Shown piece by piece: positions 26,406-36,778 of a stretch of 49,663 bases of DNA. Under the pieces are notes generated by a model. It was given only the letters and a program-made list of their open reading frames with translations, did no database searches and was not told the DNA's origin. The position numbers were made by a program, and so were the translations under genes. The stretch's first letter is position 1. Each line of letters opens with the position of its first letter. This stretch comes from Rhodoferax sp. (GTDB lineage Bacteria; Pseudomonadota; Gammaproteobacteria; Burkholderiales; Burkholderiaceae_C): the NCBI GenBank assembly GCA_049301075.1, contig JBAQKO010000064.1:1-49663 (forward strand), read 5' to 3'.

Positions 26406-27592
26406 ACGCCGAAACTCCTCCTTCTCCGCTTGCCCGGCAGATCGTCGAGGCCATCCGGTCAGTGACAGGGCCGGGGCCCGTTCCTCTGCACGAACCGCGT
26501 TTTGCAGGCAATGAATGGGCCTACCTGAAGGAATGCCTCGACTCGACTTTCGTCTCATCGGTGGGCAAGTTCGTTGATCGCTTCGAGTCGGACCTGGCCG
26601 CCTATACCGGCGCCCGGCATGCCATCGCGGTGGTGAACGGTACGGCAGCACTTCATGTGGCGCTGAGGCTGGCCGGTGTGTGCCCCGGGGATGAGGTGCT
26701 GCTGCCGGCGTTGACGTTTGTAGCGACAGCCAACGCGGTCAGCTATTGTGGCGCTACGCCGCATTTCGTCGATAGCAGTGAAGATACCCTGGGTGTCGAT
26801 CCGCAGGCACTCAGGACATATCTGGAGCAAGCAGCAGAAATTCGCGGGGGGCAATGCATCAACCGCAAGACGGGGCGCGTTATCCGTGCCTTGGTTCCGA
26901 TGCATGCTTTTGGCCACCCGATCGATATCGACGGGGCTTTGGCGCTGGCGTGTGATTTCCACCTGGCCTTGGTGGAAGATGCAGCCGAGTCGCTTGGCAG
27001 CACGGTCAGCGGGCGGCACACAGGCACTTTCGGCCTTCTCGGTACGCTCAGCTTCAACGGCAACAAGACCATCACGACCGGCGGTGGCGGCGCCATCCTG
27101 ACCAACGACCCGGTACTGGCCAAACATGCCAAGCATCTGACCACGACGGCAAAAGTGCCGCATCGCTGGGAATACAGGCACGATGAGATCGGCTACAACT
27201 ACCGCTTGCCGAATATCAATGCCGCCCTCGGTTGCGCTCAGCTGGAGCAATTGCCGGCGTTCCTGGCGGCCAAGCGACGGGTTTTTGGCAAATACAAGGC
27301 CGCATTGGCCGGCATGCAGCAGGTGTGCCTTGTGGCCGAGCCCAAAGGCTGCATCAGCAATTACTGGCTGCAGACGCTGCTGCTGAACGAGTCTGCCCAG
27401 GCGCAGCGCGACACCATTCTGGCCGCGACCAACGATGCCGGTTTGATGACCCGCCCTGCCTGGACCCTCATGAATCGCCTGCCTGCCTATCAGGCTTGCC
27501 CGCGCATGGCGTTGCCGGTTGCCGAATCGCTGGAGCGCCGTTTGATGAACCTCCCTAGCAGCGCCAGCCTCGGGTTGGAGCGTGCGAAGTGA
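26402..27592 (+). CDS. legC: LegC family PLP aminotransferase (DegT type)
   Basis: LHEP, VSSVG, NGTAALH, EDAAESLG, SFNGNKTITTGGGG, GYNYRLPNINAALG. Confidence 0.92.
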   Translation: MNAETPPSPLARQIVEAIRSVTGPGPVPLHEPRFAGNEWAYLKECLDSTFVSSVGKFVDRFESDLAAYTGARHAIAVVNGTAALHVALRLAGVCPGDEVLLPALTFVATANAVSYCGATPHFVDSSEDTLGVDPQALRTYLEQAAEIRGGQCINRKTGRVIRALVPMHAFGHPIDIDGALALACDFHLALVEDAAESLGSTVSGRHTGTFGLLGTLSFNGNKTITTGGGGAILTNDPVLAKHAKHLTTTAKVPHRWEYRHDEIGYNYRLPNINAALGCAQLEQLPAFLAAKRRVFGKYKAALAGMQQVCLVAEPKGCISNYWLQTLLLNESAQAQRDTILAATNDAGLMTRPAWTLMNRLPAYQACPRMALPVAESLERRLMNLPSSASLGLERAK

Positions 27593-28221
27593 GCAGGGAA
27601 GCCATCCTCCTGCTTGGGGCGGGTGGCCATGCCCGATCATGCATCGATGTGATCGAGCAGGAGGGGCGTTTCAACGTGGGTGGGCTGGTTGGCTTGCCCC
27701 AGGAAGTCGGTTCCCGCGTGCTCGGCTACCCGGTCCTTGGGGCAGACAGCGATTTGCCCGGCCTGTTGCCTCGTTTCAGCCAGGTCCTGATCGCATTGGG
27801 GCAGATCAAGACACCGGAAGCCCGCATGCGGATATTTGCGCTGCTGGAAGAAAGGGGCTGCAACTTGCCCGTGATCGTCTCACCGCGCAGCCATGTCTCG
27901 CGTCATGCGCAAGTTGGAGCGGGCACCATCGTCATGCACGGCGCCATCGTCAATGCCGGAGCATCCATCGGGCGCAATTGCATCATCAACAGTCTGGCAC
28001 TTGTGGAGCACGATGCCGTGGTTGGCGATCATTGCCATATTGCCACGGCGGCTGTCGTCAATGGTGATGTGTCGATCGGCGCGGGCTCATTCATCGGCAG
28101 CAATGTATGCATCCGGCAGGGTAGCAGGTTTGGTGAGCGTTGTGTGATCGGCATGGGCCAGCAGGTACTGGGCGACTGTGAGACGGGTTACTGGCTGCCT
28201 CCGCAGAAGGATAAGTCATGA
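27589..28221 (+). CDS. NeuD/PglD-type hexapeptide acetyltransferase (probable N-acetylation step)
   Basis: GAGGHA N-terminus, left-handed beta-helix repeats, catalytic EHD. Confidence 0.88.
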   Translation: MSREAILLLGAGGHARSCIDVIEQEGRFNVGGLVGLPQEVGSRVLGYPVLGADSDLPGLLPRFSQVLIALGQIKTPEARMRIFALLEERGCNLPVIVSPRSHVSRHAQVGAGTIVMHGAIVNAGASIGRNCIINSLALVEHDAVVGDHCHIATAAVVNGDVSIGAGSFIGSNVCIRQGSRFGERCVIGMGQQVLGDCETGYWLPPQKDKS

Positions 28222-29219
28222 GAACCCTCATCATCGCCGAAGCCGGCGTCAATCATAACGGCGATCTTGAACTCGCGCGCCGCCTGATCGATGTTGCGGC
28301 AGAGGCCGGTGCGGACTACGTCAAGTTCCAGACTTTCAGGGCAGACCGTTTGGTGACTCGTGCTGCCGTCAAAGCCGAGTACCAAAAGCAGAACAGCGGT
28401 GCGGCGGAAAGCCAATACGAGATGCTCCGGCGGCTGGAATTGACGCCGGAGATGCATGTCGATCTGATCAAGCACTGCAAGCTGCGCGGCATCCGTTTTC
28501 TGTCCACCGGTTTTGACATTGAAAGCCTGGATTTGCTGGCTGGTTTCGGCATCGAGCTGTTCAAAATCCCCTCTGGCGAGATAACCAACCGGCCTTACCT
28601 GCAGCATATCGGCGGCATGGGCAAGCCGATCATCCTGTCAACCGGAATGGCGGATCTGGCCGAAATCGGCGCCGCGCTGGCTGTGCTGGAGCAGGCCGGC
28701 ACGCCACGCCAGCAGATCACGGTCCTGCACTGCAATACCGAGTATCCGACGCCGATGGTTGACGTGAACCTGCGCGCCATGCACACCGTCCGGGATGCGT
28801 TCGGTGTGCAGGTCGGTTACTCCGACCATACGGCGGGTATCGAAATCCCTGTAGCGGCGGTGGCGCTTGGCGCGACCGTCATCGAAAAGCATTTCACGCT
28901 GGACCGAAATCTCCCAGGGCCGGATCACAAGGCCAGCCTGGAGCCCGGTGAGCTCAGGGCGATGGTGGCGGCGATCCGGAACGTCGAACTGGCCATGGGC
29001 GATGGCCTCAAGCGCCCGAGTCCAAGCGAGGCGAAGAACATCGCGATTGCCCGCAAGTCGCTGGTTGCGGCGTGCCCGATTCGTGTTGGCGAACGCTTTA
29101 CGCAGGCTAACTTGGCCGTCAAGCGTCCTGGCACAGGCCTGTCGCCGATGCGGCTGAACGAAGTTCTGGGGCGAGTGGCGTCGCGGGACTTTCAACCCGA
29201 TGAGTTGATCGAATTATGA
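28218..29219 (+). CDS. neuB: N,N'-diacetyllegionaminate synthase (LegI/NeuB)
   Basis: IIAEAGVNHNG, KFQTF, KIPSGEITN, HCNTEYP, GYSDHT, EKHFTLD, GPDHKAS, SAF domain; leg gene context. Confidence 0.92.
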   Translation: MRTLIIAEAGVNHNGDLELARRLIDVAAEAGADYVKFQTFRADRLVTRAAVKAEYQKQNSGAAESQYEMLRRLELTPEMHVDLIKHCKLRGIRFLSTGFDIESLDLLAGFGIELFKIPSGEITNRPYLQHIGGMGKPIILSTGMADLAEIGAALAVLEQAGTPRQQITVLHCNTEYPTPMVDVNLRAMHTVRDAFGVQVGYSDHTAGIEIPVAAVALGATVIEKHFTLDRNLPGPDHKASLEPGELRAMVAAIRNVELAMGDGLKRPSPSEAKNIAIARKSLVAACPIRVGERFTQANLAVKRPGTGLSPMRLNEVLGRVASRDFQPDELIEL

Positions 29220-30379
29220 GCCGCAAGATTTGTGTTGTCACAGGCACCCGCGCTGAGTACGGCTTGCTGCGCTGGGTGATGCAAGGCATCCAGGACGCCC
29301 CGGATCTGACGTTGCAGATCATCGTGACCGGCATGCACCTGTCGCCCGAGTTCGGCTTGACCTACCGGGAGATCGAGAAGGACGGCTTCCGGATCGATCG
29401 CAAGGTCGAGATGCTGACCAGTTCCGACACGCCGGCGGGCATTGCCAAGTCCATGGGTTTGGGGCTGATCGGGTTTGCCGATGCCCTGAGCGAACTGAGT
29501 CCAGATCTGATCGTGGTTCTTGGCGACCGGTTCGAGATTTTCTCGGCAGTGGCGGCCGCGCTGGTGGCGCGCATACCGGTTGCGCACCTGCACGGTGGCG
29601 AGACGACCGAGGGGGCATTCGATGAGTCGATCCGGCACGCCATCACCAAGATGTCGCATCTTCATTTTGTGGCCGCAGAAGAATACCGGCGACGGGTTAT
29701 TCAACTGGGGGAGAGGCCAGAGCATGTTTTCCTGGTAGGCGGGTTGGGTATCGACAGCATTAAGCGTTTGAAGCCGCTTGGCAGGGCAGAGTTGGAGACT
29801 TCGCTCGGTTTCCGGCTCGGACGGCACAACCTGCTCATCACCTTTCACCCCGTCACGCTGGAGTCGGCCACCGCTGCCCACCAAATGGAGGAGTTGTTGG
29901 CGGCTTTGGCGCAGTTGCAGGAGACGGAGTTGATCTTCACCCTGCCCAACGCGGATACCGACAGCAGGGCGCTGATCAAGTTGCTGGAGCAATTTGCGGC
30001 ACAGCATGCCAATGCCCACGTTTTTGCATCACTCGGCCAGCTTCGCTACTTGTCTTGCATGGCCTATGTCGATGGCGTGGTGGGGAATTCATCCAGTGGG
30101 ATCATTGAGGCGCCCAGCTTCAAAAAGGGATCGGTCAATATCGGCGACCGTCAGCGCGGGCGGCTGCAGGCCGAGAGTGTGATCAACAGTCTGCCAGACA
30201 GGCAGAGCATTTCAATGGCCTTGACACAGCTTTACAGCGACGATTTCCAGTCGCATTTGAGCCGGGTGCGCAACCCCTACGGTGACGGCGGGGCGAGCGA
30301 GCGGATCTTGCAAACGCTCAAGACTATTGCTCTGGATGAACTGCTCAAAAAACGTTTCTACTCAGTTCCCGGCGCATAG
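29216..30379 (+). CDS. neuC: Hydrolysing NDP-sugar 2-epimerase (LegG/NeuC)
   Basis: VTGTRAEYG, GMHLSPEFG, LGDRFE, HGGE, FHPVT, GNSSSG, IGDRQRGR, NPYGDG. Confidence 0.92.
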   Translation: MSRKICVVTGTRAEYGLLRWVMQGIQDAPDLTLQIIVTGMHLSPEFGLTYREIEKDGFRIDRKVEMLTSSDTPAGIAKSMGLGLIGFADALSELSPDLIVVLGDRFEIFSAVAAALVARIPVAHLHGGETTEGAFDESIRHAITKMSHLHFVAAEEYRRRVIQLGERPEHVFLVGGLGIDSIKRLKPLGRAELETSLGFRLGRHNLLITFHPVTLESATAAHQMEELLAALAQLQETELIFTLPNADTDSRALIKLLEQFAAQHANAHVFASLGQLRYLSCMAYVDGVVGNSSSGIIEAPSFKKGSVNIGDRQRGRLQAESVINSLPDRQSISMALTQLYSDDFQSHLSRVRNPYGDGGASERILQTLKTIALDELLKKRFYSVPGA

Positions 30380-30386
30380 TGTTCGT

Positions 30387-32447
30387 ATGCCCTGGAAAAA
30401 CCAGCTGCTTTCTCCCGGCTACCGTTCCGATATAGATGGTTTGCGTGCGGTCGCTATTCTTTCGGTCGTCCTGTTCCACGCGTTTCCATCGTTTCTGCCC
30501 GGTGGCTTTGTCGGGGTGGATGTTTTCTTTGTGATTTCCGGTTTTCTGATATCCGGAATTATTTTCAGGGGCTTGGAGCAGGGCGGCTTTGACTTCGTCA
30601 AGTTCTATGTGCATCGGGCCAGGCGCATTTTCCCCGCATTGATTCTGGTACTCGCGGGTGTGTATGTATCTGGATGGTTATTTCTCCTTCCTGGGGACTT
30701 CTCGCTGCTGGGTAAGCACATTGCTGCAGGGGCTGGATTTGTCCAGAACTTCGTACTGTGGACGGAGTCGGGATATTTTGATACGTCCTCGGAGCTCAAG
30801 CCGCTGTTGCATCTCTGGTCTCTGGCCATCGAGGAGCAGTTCTATCTGGCCTATCCGCTGATGATTTGGGCCGCTTGGCGCGTGGGCTTGAATGTGTTTG
30901 TGCTTGTGGTCCTGGTCGGGTTGTTGTCATTCGGCGTGAATGTGCATGACGTCTCGCACGACCCGGTCGGCGGCTTCTTTCTGCCCCATGCCCGCATCTG
31001 GGAACTCCTGGTGGGGGGCGCCGGGGCCTACATGGCCTTGTTGGGCCCGACAAGTTCTGACGGATCGAGGCGCCCGTTCGGCATGGCATGGATTCTGCCG
31101 GGATCCCTGCTGGCAGGCCGAACCGGGGTGATTTTGAAAAACTGCGCTGCAGGATTCGGCCTGATGCTGATATTGCTATCGGTTTTCGGGCTTCACAAGG
31201 GCATCCAATTTCCGGGGTGGCGGGCCTTGCTGCCAGTGGCCGGGGCTGTTTTTCTGCTTCTGGCCGGGCCGGAGGCCTGGGTGAACCGCAAGGTCCTGGC
31301 CAACCGCTGGATGGTTTCCATCGGCCTGATCAGCTACCCGCTTTACCTGTGGCATTGGCCCTTGCTTTCATTCGCGCATCTCGTCAGTGGCAGAAGCCCG
31401 GCGGTTGAAGTGCGTGTGGCGTTGATGCTGCTTGCCCTGTTGCTGGCATGGCTGACGTATGTGCTTGTGGAAAGGCCCATACGCTTTGGACGGAAAGCGC
31501 AAGGCTGGGCGCTGGCACTGACAGGTCTGTTGCTTCTCGTCGGGAGCCTGGGCGCGGTCACGTTTCGGCAGGTCGGACTCCCATTCCGGGACGTGGCAAC
31601 ACGCGTTGAAGGCTACACAAGCTCGGTGATTCGCTCAAGCCGCGAGAAGGAGTGTTTCGAAATCCCCTACGCCTACAAGCGGACGGATGGCTGGAATTGC
31701 GTTCTGGGGTCGAAGGCGGTGAGGCCGGGCATGATGGCTTACGGGGACAGTCATGCGCTCAGTCTGATACCCGTGCTGGATCAATATGGCGCGGACCAGC
31801 AGATGGGGATTGTCTTCGCGGGGACGTCAGGATGTCCTCCGTTCCTGGGGATTCAATCGCTCCGGGGTGCGGCAAATATTGAGTTGAACAACTGCCAGAA
31901 ACTGAATGAACGGATATTCGATTTCGTGAAGAATAATGGAATTGAGCAGGTTTTGCTGGTGGGGCGATGGACTTACTATGCGGGGGGGCTGACAAAACCC
32001 GAGGAGCGCAACGCTATTTCCATGGATATGAGCAAAGAGGACTCCGTGGGTTTCGCCCGGGAGTCTTTCATTTTTGGATTGCACAAGACCGTGACGGAGT
32101 ACAGGAAGATCGGTGTCAAGGTCTATCTGGTCAATGACACTCCCCAGCAGGAAGTCGGCCCCCTGACGGCGCTCAAATTTTCGGGTTTGGAGGTTGATCG
32201 CGTCAATGATTTTTCGATTTCCAGAGTGCAGCACCAGAGGGATCAAGCCTGGGTGCGAGATCAATTTGCAGGAATGAAATATCTTGGCGCAGCCGTCATT
32301 GACTTTGATGACCTTCTTTGCAGTCCATCAGGCATTTGCCCGATTGCACATGATGGCAGGTCCTTGTACTTTGATAGCGATCATTTGAGTGTGTATGGCG
32401 CGATGAGCCTTTATGAAGGGGTCAAGGCGAGTCTCGGTCATCACTAA
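30387..32447 (+). CDS. AT3-SGNH fused O-acetyltransferase (OafA-like)
   Basis: YRSDIDGLRA, GVDVFFVISG, HLWSLAIEEQFY, SYPLYLWHWP, periplasmic GDSHA...DSDH; start moved to ATG 30387. Confidence 0.9.
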   Translation: MPWKNQLLSPGYRSDIDGLRAVAILSVVLFHAFPSFLPGGFVGVDVFFVISGFLISGIIFRGLEQGGFDFVKFYVHRARRIFPALILVLAGVYVSGWLFLLPGDFSLLGKHIAAGAGFVQNFVLWTESGYFDTSSELKPLLHLWSLAIEEQFYLAYPLMIWAAWRVGLNVFVLVVLVGLLSFGVNVHDVSHDPVGGFFLPHARIWELLVGGAGAYMALLGPTSSDGSRRPFGMAWILPGSLLAGRTGVILKNCAAGFGLMLILLSVFGLHKGIQFPGWRALLPVAGAVFLLLAGPEAWVNRKVLANRWMVSIGLISYPLYLWHWPLLSFAHLVSGRSPAVEVRVALMLLALLLAWLTYVLVERPIRFGRKAQGWALALTGLLLLVGSLGAVTFRQVGLPFRDVATRVEGYTSSVIRSSREKECFEIPYAYKRTDGWNCVLGSKAVRPGMMAYGDSHALSLIPVLDQYGADQQMGIVFAGTSGCPPFLGIQSLRGAANIELNNCQKLNERIFDFVKNNGIEQVLLVGRWTYYAGGLTKPEERNAISMDMSKEDSVGFARESFIFGLHKTVTEYRKIGVKVYLVNDTPQQEVGPLTALKFSGLEVDRVNDFSISRVQHQRDQAWVRDQFAGMKYLGAAVIDFDDLLCSPSGICPIAHDGRSLYFDSDHLSVYGAMSLYEGVKASLGHH

Positions 32448-32644
32448 GGTATGGCCATGCTCGCCAATGCCATGGTGGAGATGGAACCCATATAAAATGA
32501 CCCAGTGCGCAGGAAGAAGGCTCAATCGTCGTGAGCCCAGCAGGACGCAAGTACTCTTGTACTTGTGCTTCAGACCATGAATCGGCTGAGGATCTGACTC
32601 TGTTGCAGGAAGGGTCTTACTCAGAAATGTCAGTGATTCACGAT

Positions 32645-33733
32645 ATGAATGCCAATAATCTGGCCGAGAAGTTCTGGCGTCAGGCCATTCTGGCTGGGAA
32701 TGTCACCATAGAGCAGGCGATTCGCAACCTTGATCAGGTGGCGATCAAAATTGTCTTGGTGGTCGACGACAGTGGCGAACTGCTCGGGACGATATCCGAC
32801 GGCGATATTCGGCGTGGCTTGCTTCGCGGACTGGATCTCAACAGTTCCATCGACAGCGTTATTCATCGCAATCCGCTGGTGGTGCCGCCCGACATGGGGC
32901 GAGACATGGTGCTGCAGTTGATGGTGGCCAACAAGGTGCAGCAGATCCCCGTGGTGGATGAACGCCGCCAAGTGGTCGGTTTGCACCTATGGGATGAAAT
33001 CAATGCCACACCCAGTCGCCCGAACCCGATGGTCATCATGGCGGGTGGCATGGGTACGCGGCTTCGTCCGCACACGGAAAACTGTCCCAAGCCCTTGTTG
33101 CCTGTAGCGGGCAAGCCGATGTTGGAGCACATCATTGACCGAGCCAAGCTGGAGGGGTTCAATCACTTCGTACTGGCCATCCATTACCTGGGCCATATGA
33201 TCGAGGACTACTTTGGCGATGGTGCACGCATGCAGGTGCGGATTGACTATTTGCGCGAGCAATCCCCCCTCGGAACGGCTGGGGCGCTGGGGCTGCTCGC
33301 ACCTCGCCCTCAGGTTCCCTTTGTGGTGACCAATGGCGATGTGCTTACCGACATCCGGTACAGCGAGCTTCTTGATTTCCACATCCGGCATGACGCTGTT
33401 GCCACCATGGCGGTGCGGGTGCATGAATGGCAGCATCCCTACGGTGTTGTGCAGACGCAGGGTGTGGACATCGTCGGATTCGAGGAAAAGCCGGTTGCCC
33501 GTACGCATATCAACGCGGGGGTCTATGTGCTTGACCCGCAGGCGCTCGGAGAACTGGGGGTCAACGAGCATTGCGATATGCCCACTCTCTTTGAGCGCCT
33601 TCAGGCCAAAGGCCGGCGCACCGTGGCTTATCCGATGCATGAGCCCTGGCTCGATGTGGGCCGGCCGCACGACTATGAGCATGCGGACAAGGCGGTGGTC
33701 CGGGGTGTAAGCAGCGGAACCGGAAAAGCATGA
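32645..33733 (+). CDS. ptmE: CBS-domain nucleotidyltransferase (PtmE/LegX-type guanylyltransferase)
   Basis: CBS pair (GTISDGDIRRGLL), MAGGMGTRLRP, PKPLL, PLGTAG, NGD, WLDVG; start moved to ATG 32645. Confidence 0.85.
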   Translation: MNANNLAEKFWRQAILAGNVTIEQAIRNLDQVAIKIVLVVDDSGELLGTISDGDIRRGLLRGLDLNSSIDSVIHRNPLVVPPDMGRDMVLQLMVANKVQQIPVVDERRQVVGLHLWDEINATPSRPNPMVIMAGGMGTRLRPHTENCPKPLLPVAGKPMLEHIIDRAKLEGFNHFVLAIHYLGHMIEDYFGDGARMQVRIDYLREQSPLGTAGALGLLAPRPQVPFVVTNGDVLTDIRYSELLDFHIRHDAVATMAVRVHEWQHPYGVVQTQGVDIVGFEEKPVARTHINAGVYVLDPQALGELGVNEHCDMPTLFERLQAKGRRTVAYPMHEPWLDVGRPHDYEHADKAVVRGVSSGTGKA

Positions 33734-34446
33734 TCAATTCAAAACCTGTGATTGGCATCATTCCCGCGCGGGGGGGCTCCAAGGGGCTGCCGGGCAAGAA
33801 TATTCGCCAGATGTGCGGCAAGCCATTGATCGCCTGGACGATCGAGAAGGCCCTCAAGTCCAGGCATCTGGATGTGGTCCTGGTGAGCACCGACAGCCCT
33901 GAGATTGCGGCGGTCGCCAGGGAGTTTGGGGCTGAAGTGCCGTTCTTGCGGCCCGCTGCCTTGGCAACGGACGCCGCCAGTTCGTACGATGTGATCCGGC
34001 ATGTTCTCGGTTTTTACCGGGATTCGGCAGGACGGGAGTTTGACTACACCGCCCTGCTGGAACCAACCTCTCCCTTGCGCGAGGATGACGATATCGATCG
34101 GGTTCTGGCTGCGCTGGACCGATCGGCAGAGGATTTTGACTCCATCGTCACCCTGGGTGAGGTCGGTGAGCATCCATCCATCATGAAGCGAATGGTGGGC
34201 CAGGGAATCGAGTCTTTCTGCAAGGAACTGGCGCAGACCACGCGGCGGCAGGACAACGCCCCGGCCTTTTTCCCGTATGGCGTGGCGTACATGGCCAAAA
34301 CGAAGGTGCTGCTCGAGGAAAACACTTTCTACACGCGGCGCTGCATGGGCTATCCGGTTCGTCGCTATCAGAACTATGAAATAGACGATCTGTATGACTT
34401 TTATTGCGTTGAGAGTGTCATGAAGCACGAGTGGAGGTTGTCTTGA
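33730..34446 (+). CDS. Acylneuraminate cytidylyltransferase (LegF/PtmB/ElaB-like), copy 2
   Basis: IPARGGSKGLPGKN, STDS, PFLRP, LEPTSPLR, RRQD, EIDD. Confidence 0.9.
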   Translation: MINSKPVIGIIPARGGSKGLPGKNIRQMCGKPLIAWTIEKALKSRHLDVVLVSTDSPEIAAVAREFGAEVPFLRPAALATDAASSYDVIRHVLGFYRDSAGREFDYTALLEPTSPLREDDDIDRVLAALDRSAEDFDSIVTLGEVGEHPSIMKRMVGQGIESFCKELAQTTRRQDNAPAFFPYGVAYMAKTKVLLEENTFYTRRCMGYPVRRYQNYEIDDLYDFYCVESVMKHEWRLS

Positions 34447-35444
34447 AGTTTCTTGTGATTGGCTTGGGCTCCATGGGCAAGCGCCGGGTCCGCAACCTGC
34501 AGGCCCTGGGGCATGCGGAGGTGGCTGGTTTCGATCTGCGCGAAGACCGCAGGCAGGAGTCAACTGAAAAATACGGGATCCGAACATTTGAGGGCTTCGA
34601 TGCCGCACTGGCGGCTTTCAAGCCCGATGTGCTGGTGATTTCGACGGCGCCCGAACACCATATGACCTACGCCTGGGCGGGTTTCGAACGCGGCCTGTCC
34701 TGTTTCATTGAGGCCTCTGTCGTTGAGGCGGAGAAGATCAAGGCCCTGTCGCTGGCCGTGGCGGGCACGGGGATTGTCATGGCGCCTTCGTGCACGATGC
34801 GCTATTACCCGGGGCCCACATTGGTGAAAGAGTTGTTGCGGCAGGGGGTGATTGGCCGGCCGCTCAACATCAACTATCAGACCGGCCAGTATTTGCCGGA
34901 CTGGCACCCTTGGGAGCGGATTGAGGATTTCTACGTGTCGCGCCGGGCTACCGGGGGCTGCCGTGAAATCGTGCCTTTCGAGTTGACCTGGCTTGATGAT
35001 GTGTTTGGCGCATCCGAGCCGCTGGCGTGCGTCAAATCCAAGTTGACCGACATGAACGCGGACATTGATGATATTTACCATTGTCTGTTGCGCTACCCGG
35101 GCGGGGTCCTGGCCAATGTGACGGTTGAAGTCATCTCGCGTCCACAGGCGACGCGGGAGCTGAGGGTTCTGGGAACCGAGGGCGAACTGGTTTTCAGTGC
35201 CGATGAGAACTGCGTTCGAACCTCCAATCTTGCAAACCGTGAATGGACCCGGATCGACCTGGGCGGGGGCACGGTGGAGGCCGGCTACATTAATCCCGAG
35301 GAGCCCTACATCTCCGAGATGGCGGACTTTGTGGCGGCCGTCGAGGCGCGAGATCCCGCCCGTTTCCCCAACTCGCTGGATGACGATGTCCGGGTGCTGG
35401 AGACGCTCCGGCGCCTGGAACAACTTGCAGAGTTAATCAAATGA
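34443..35444 (+). CDS. Gfo/Idh/MocA family oxidoreductase, copy 2
   Basis: GLGSMGKRR, YLPDWHPWE; TTG 34443 overlaps the upstream TGA. Confidence 0.85.
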   Translation: MKFLVIGLGSMGKRRVRNLQALGHAEVAGFDLREDRRQESTEKYGIRTFEGFDAALAAFKPDVLVISTAPEHHMTYAWAGFERGLSCFIEASVVEAEKIKALSLAVAGTGIVMAPSCTMRYYPGPTLVKELLRQGVIGRPLNINYQTGQYLPDWHPWERIEDFYVSRRATGGCREIVPFELTWLDDVFGASEPLACVKSKLTDMNADIDDIYHCLLRYPGGVLANVTVEVISRPQATRELRVLGTEGELVFSADENCVRTSNLANREWTRIDLGGGTVEAGYINPEEPYISEMADFVAAVEARDPARFPNSLDDDVRVLETLRRLEQLAELIK

Positions 35445-36733
35445 ATTATCAAGAACGCTTGCTGGCCGCCATCCCCGGCGGCGCACACACCTATTCGCGC
35501 GGTTTCGACCAGTTTCCTGTCAACGCGCCGCAGATTCTTAAAAGGGGCAAGGGCGCCCATGTCTTCGACCCGGAAGGCAACAAGTTCCTGGATTACGGAA
35601 TGGCCTTGCGGGCCGTCAATATTGGCTATGCCGAAGACGAGATCGATCAGGCCGCCATTGAGCAGATCAGGAACGGCAACAACCTGACACGGCCCTCGAT
35701 GATTGAACTGGAGGCGGCGGAATTGCTGATTGGCCTGATAGATTCGGTCGATATGGTGAAGTTCACCAAGAACGGATCGACCTCGGTCTCGGCGGCCGTC
35801 AAGCTGGCCCGCGCCTACACCGGGCGGGAGCTGGTTGCGCGATGTGTGGAGCATCCTTTCTTTTCCTATGACGACTGGTTCATTGGCTCAACGCCCTTGA
35901 CCCTGGGCATTCCCAGGGAAACCCAGGAAAAGACCAAACTGTTCAGATACAACGATCTGGCTTCCCTGGAGGCTTTGGTGGCGCAATATCCAGGTCAGTT
36001 GGCCTGTGTTGTGCTGGAACCCGCCGCCACAGAAGAGCCCAAGGACAATTTCCTGCAGAAAATCCGTGCGCTGTGCGACAAGCACGGCATTGTCATGATT
36101 CTGGACGAAATGATCACCGGCTTCCGGTGGCATATGAAAGGCGCCCAGTACCTGCATGGCGTGAGGCCCGACCTCTGCACCTTCGGCAAGGCCATGGCGA
36201 ATGGTTTCTCTGTCTCCTGCGTTGCCGGCCGACGTGAAATCATGTCGCTCGGATCAATTGAAAAACCGGGTCAGGAGCGGCTCTTCCTTTTGTCGACAAC
36301 CCACGGGGCAGAAATGTCAGGGCTGGGGGCTTTTGTGGCCACCATGAACTTTATGCAGAAGCACCGGGTGGTAGAGCACTTGTGGGACTACGGAAGCAAG
36401 CTGACCGCGATGATGGCGCGGCAGGCCGAGACGCATGGCATCAGCCACAGCTTCAAGGTGGGCGGCGCGAACTGTTCGCCCTACTACCTCACACTCGACA
36501 CTGCGGGCGCCAGTTCGCTTCCCCTGCGCACCTTGTTTGCCCAGGAAATGGTCCGCAACGGAGTACTGATGCCTTGGATCGCGCTTTCGTACAGGCATGG
36601 TCCGGCCGAGCTTGCGGCGACGGAAAAAGCCCTGGAGCAGACCTTTGCGGTCTATCGCCGCGCGCTGGAAGAAGGGGTAGAAAAGTATCTGGTAGGTCCT
36701 GCCATCAAGCCCGTGTTCAGAAAACATAATTGA
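35441..36733 (+). CDS. Class III PLP aminotransferase (glutamate-1-semialdehyde aminomutase-like)
   Basis: IPGGAHTYSRG, GKGAHVFD..GNKFLDY, KFTKNGS, LDEMITGFR, TFGKAMANG (PLP lysine), STTHG. Confidence 0.88.
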   Translation: MNYQERLLAAIPGGAHTYSRGFDQFPVNAPQILKRGKGAHVFDPEGNKFLDYGMALRAVNIGYAEDEIDQAAIEQIRNGNNLTRPSMIELEAAELLIGLIDSVDMVKFTKNGSTSVSAAVKLARAYTGRELVARCVEHPFFSYDDWFIGSTPLTLGIPRETQEKTKLFRYNDLASLEALVAQYPGQLACVVLEPAATEEPKDNFLQKIRALCDKHGIVMILDEMITGFRWHMKGAQYLHGVRPDLCTFGKAMANGFSVSCVAGRREIMSLGSIEKPGQERLFLLSTTHGAEMSGLGAFVATMNFMQKHRVVEHLWDYGSKLTAMMARQAETHGISHSFKVGGANCSPYYLTLDTAGASSLPLRTLFAQEMVRNGVLMPWIALSYRHGPAELAATEKALEQTFAVYRRALEEGVEKYLVGPAIKPVFRKHN

Positions 36734-36778
36734 AACTAGGACGACCTTGGACTTGCTGATTTTTTTTGGAGAGTTGTG

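Noticed and set aside
35441..36733. Annotation as hemL (tetrapyrrole synthesis)
   Set aside because: Lacks the HemL PGGVNSPVR and YHGH motifs and is translationally coupled inside a sugar cluster.
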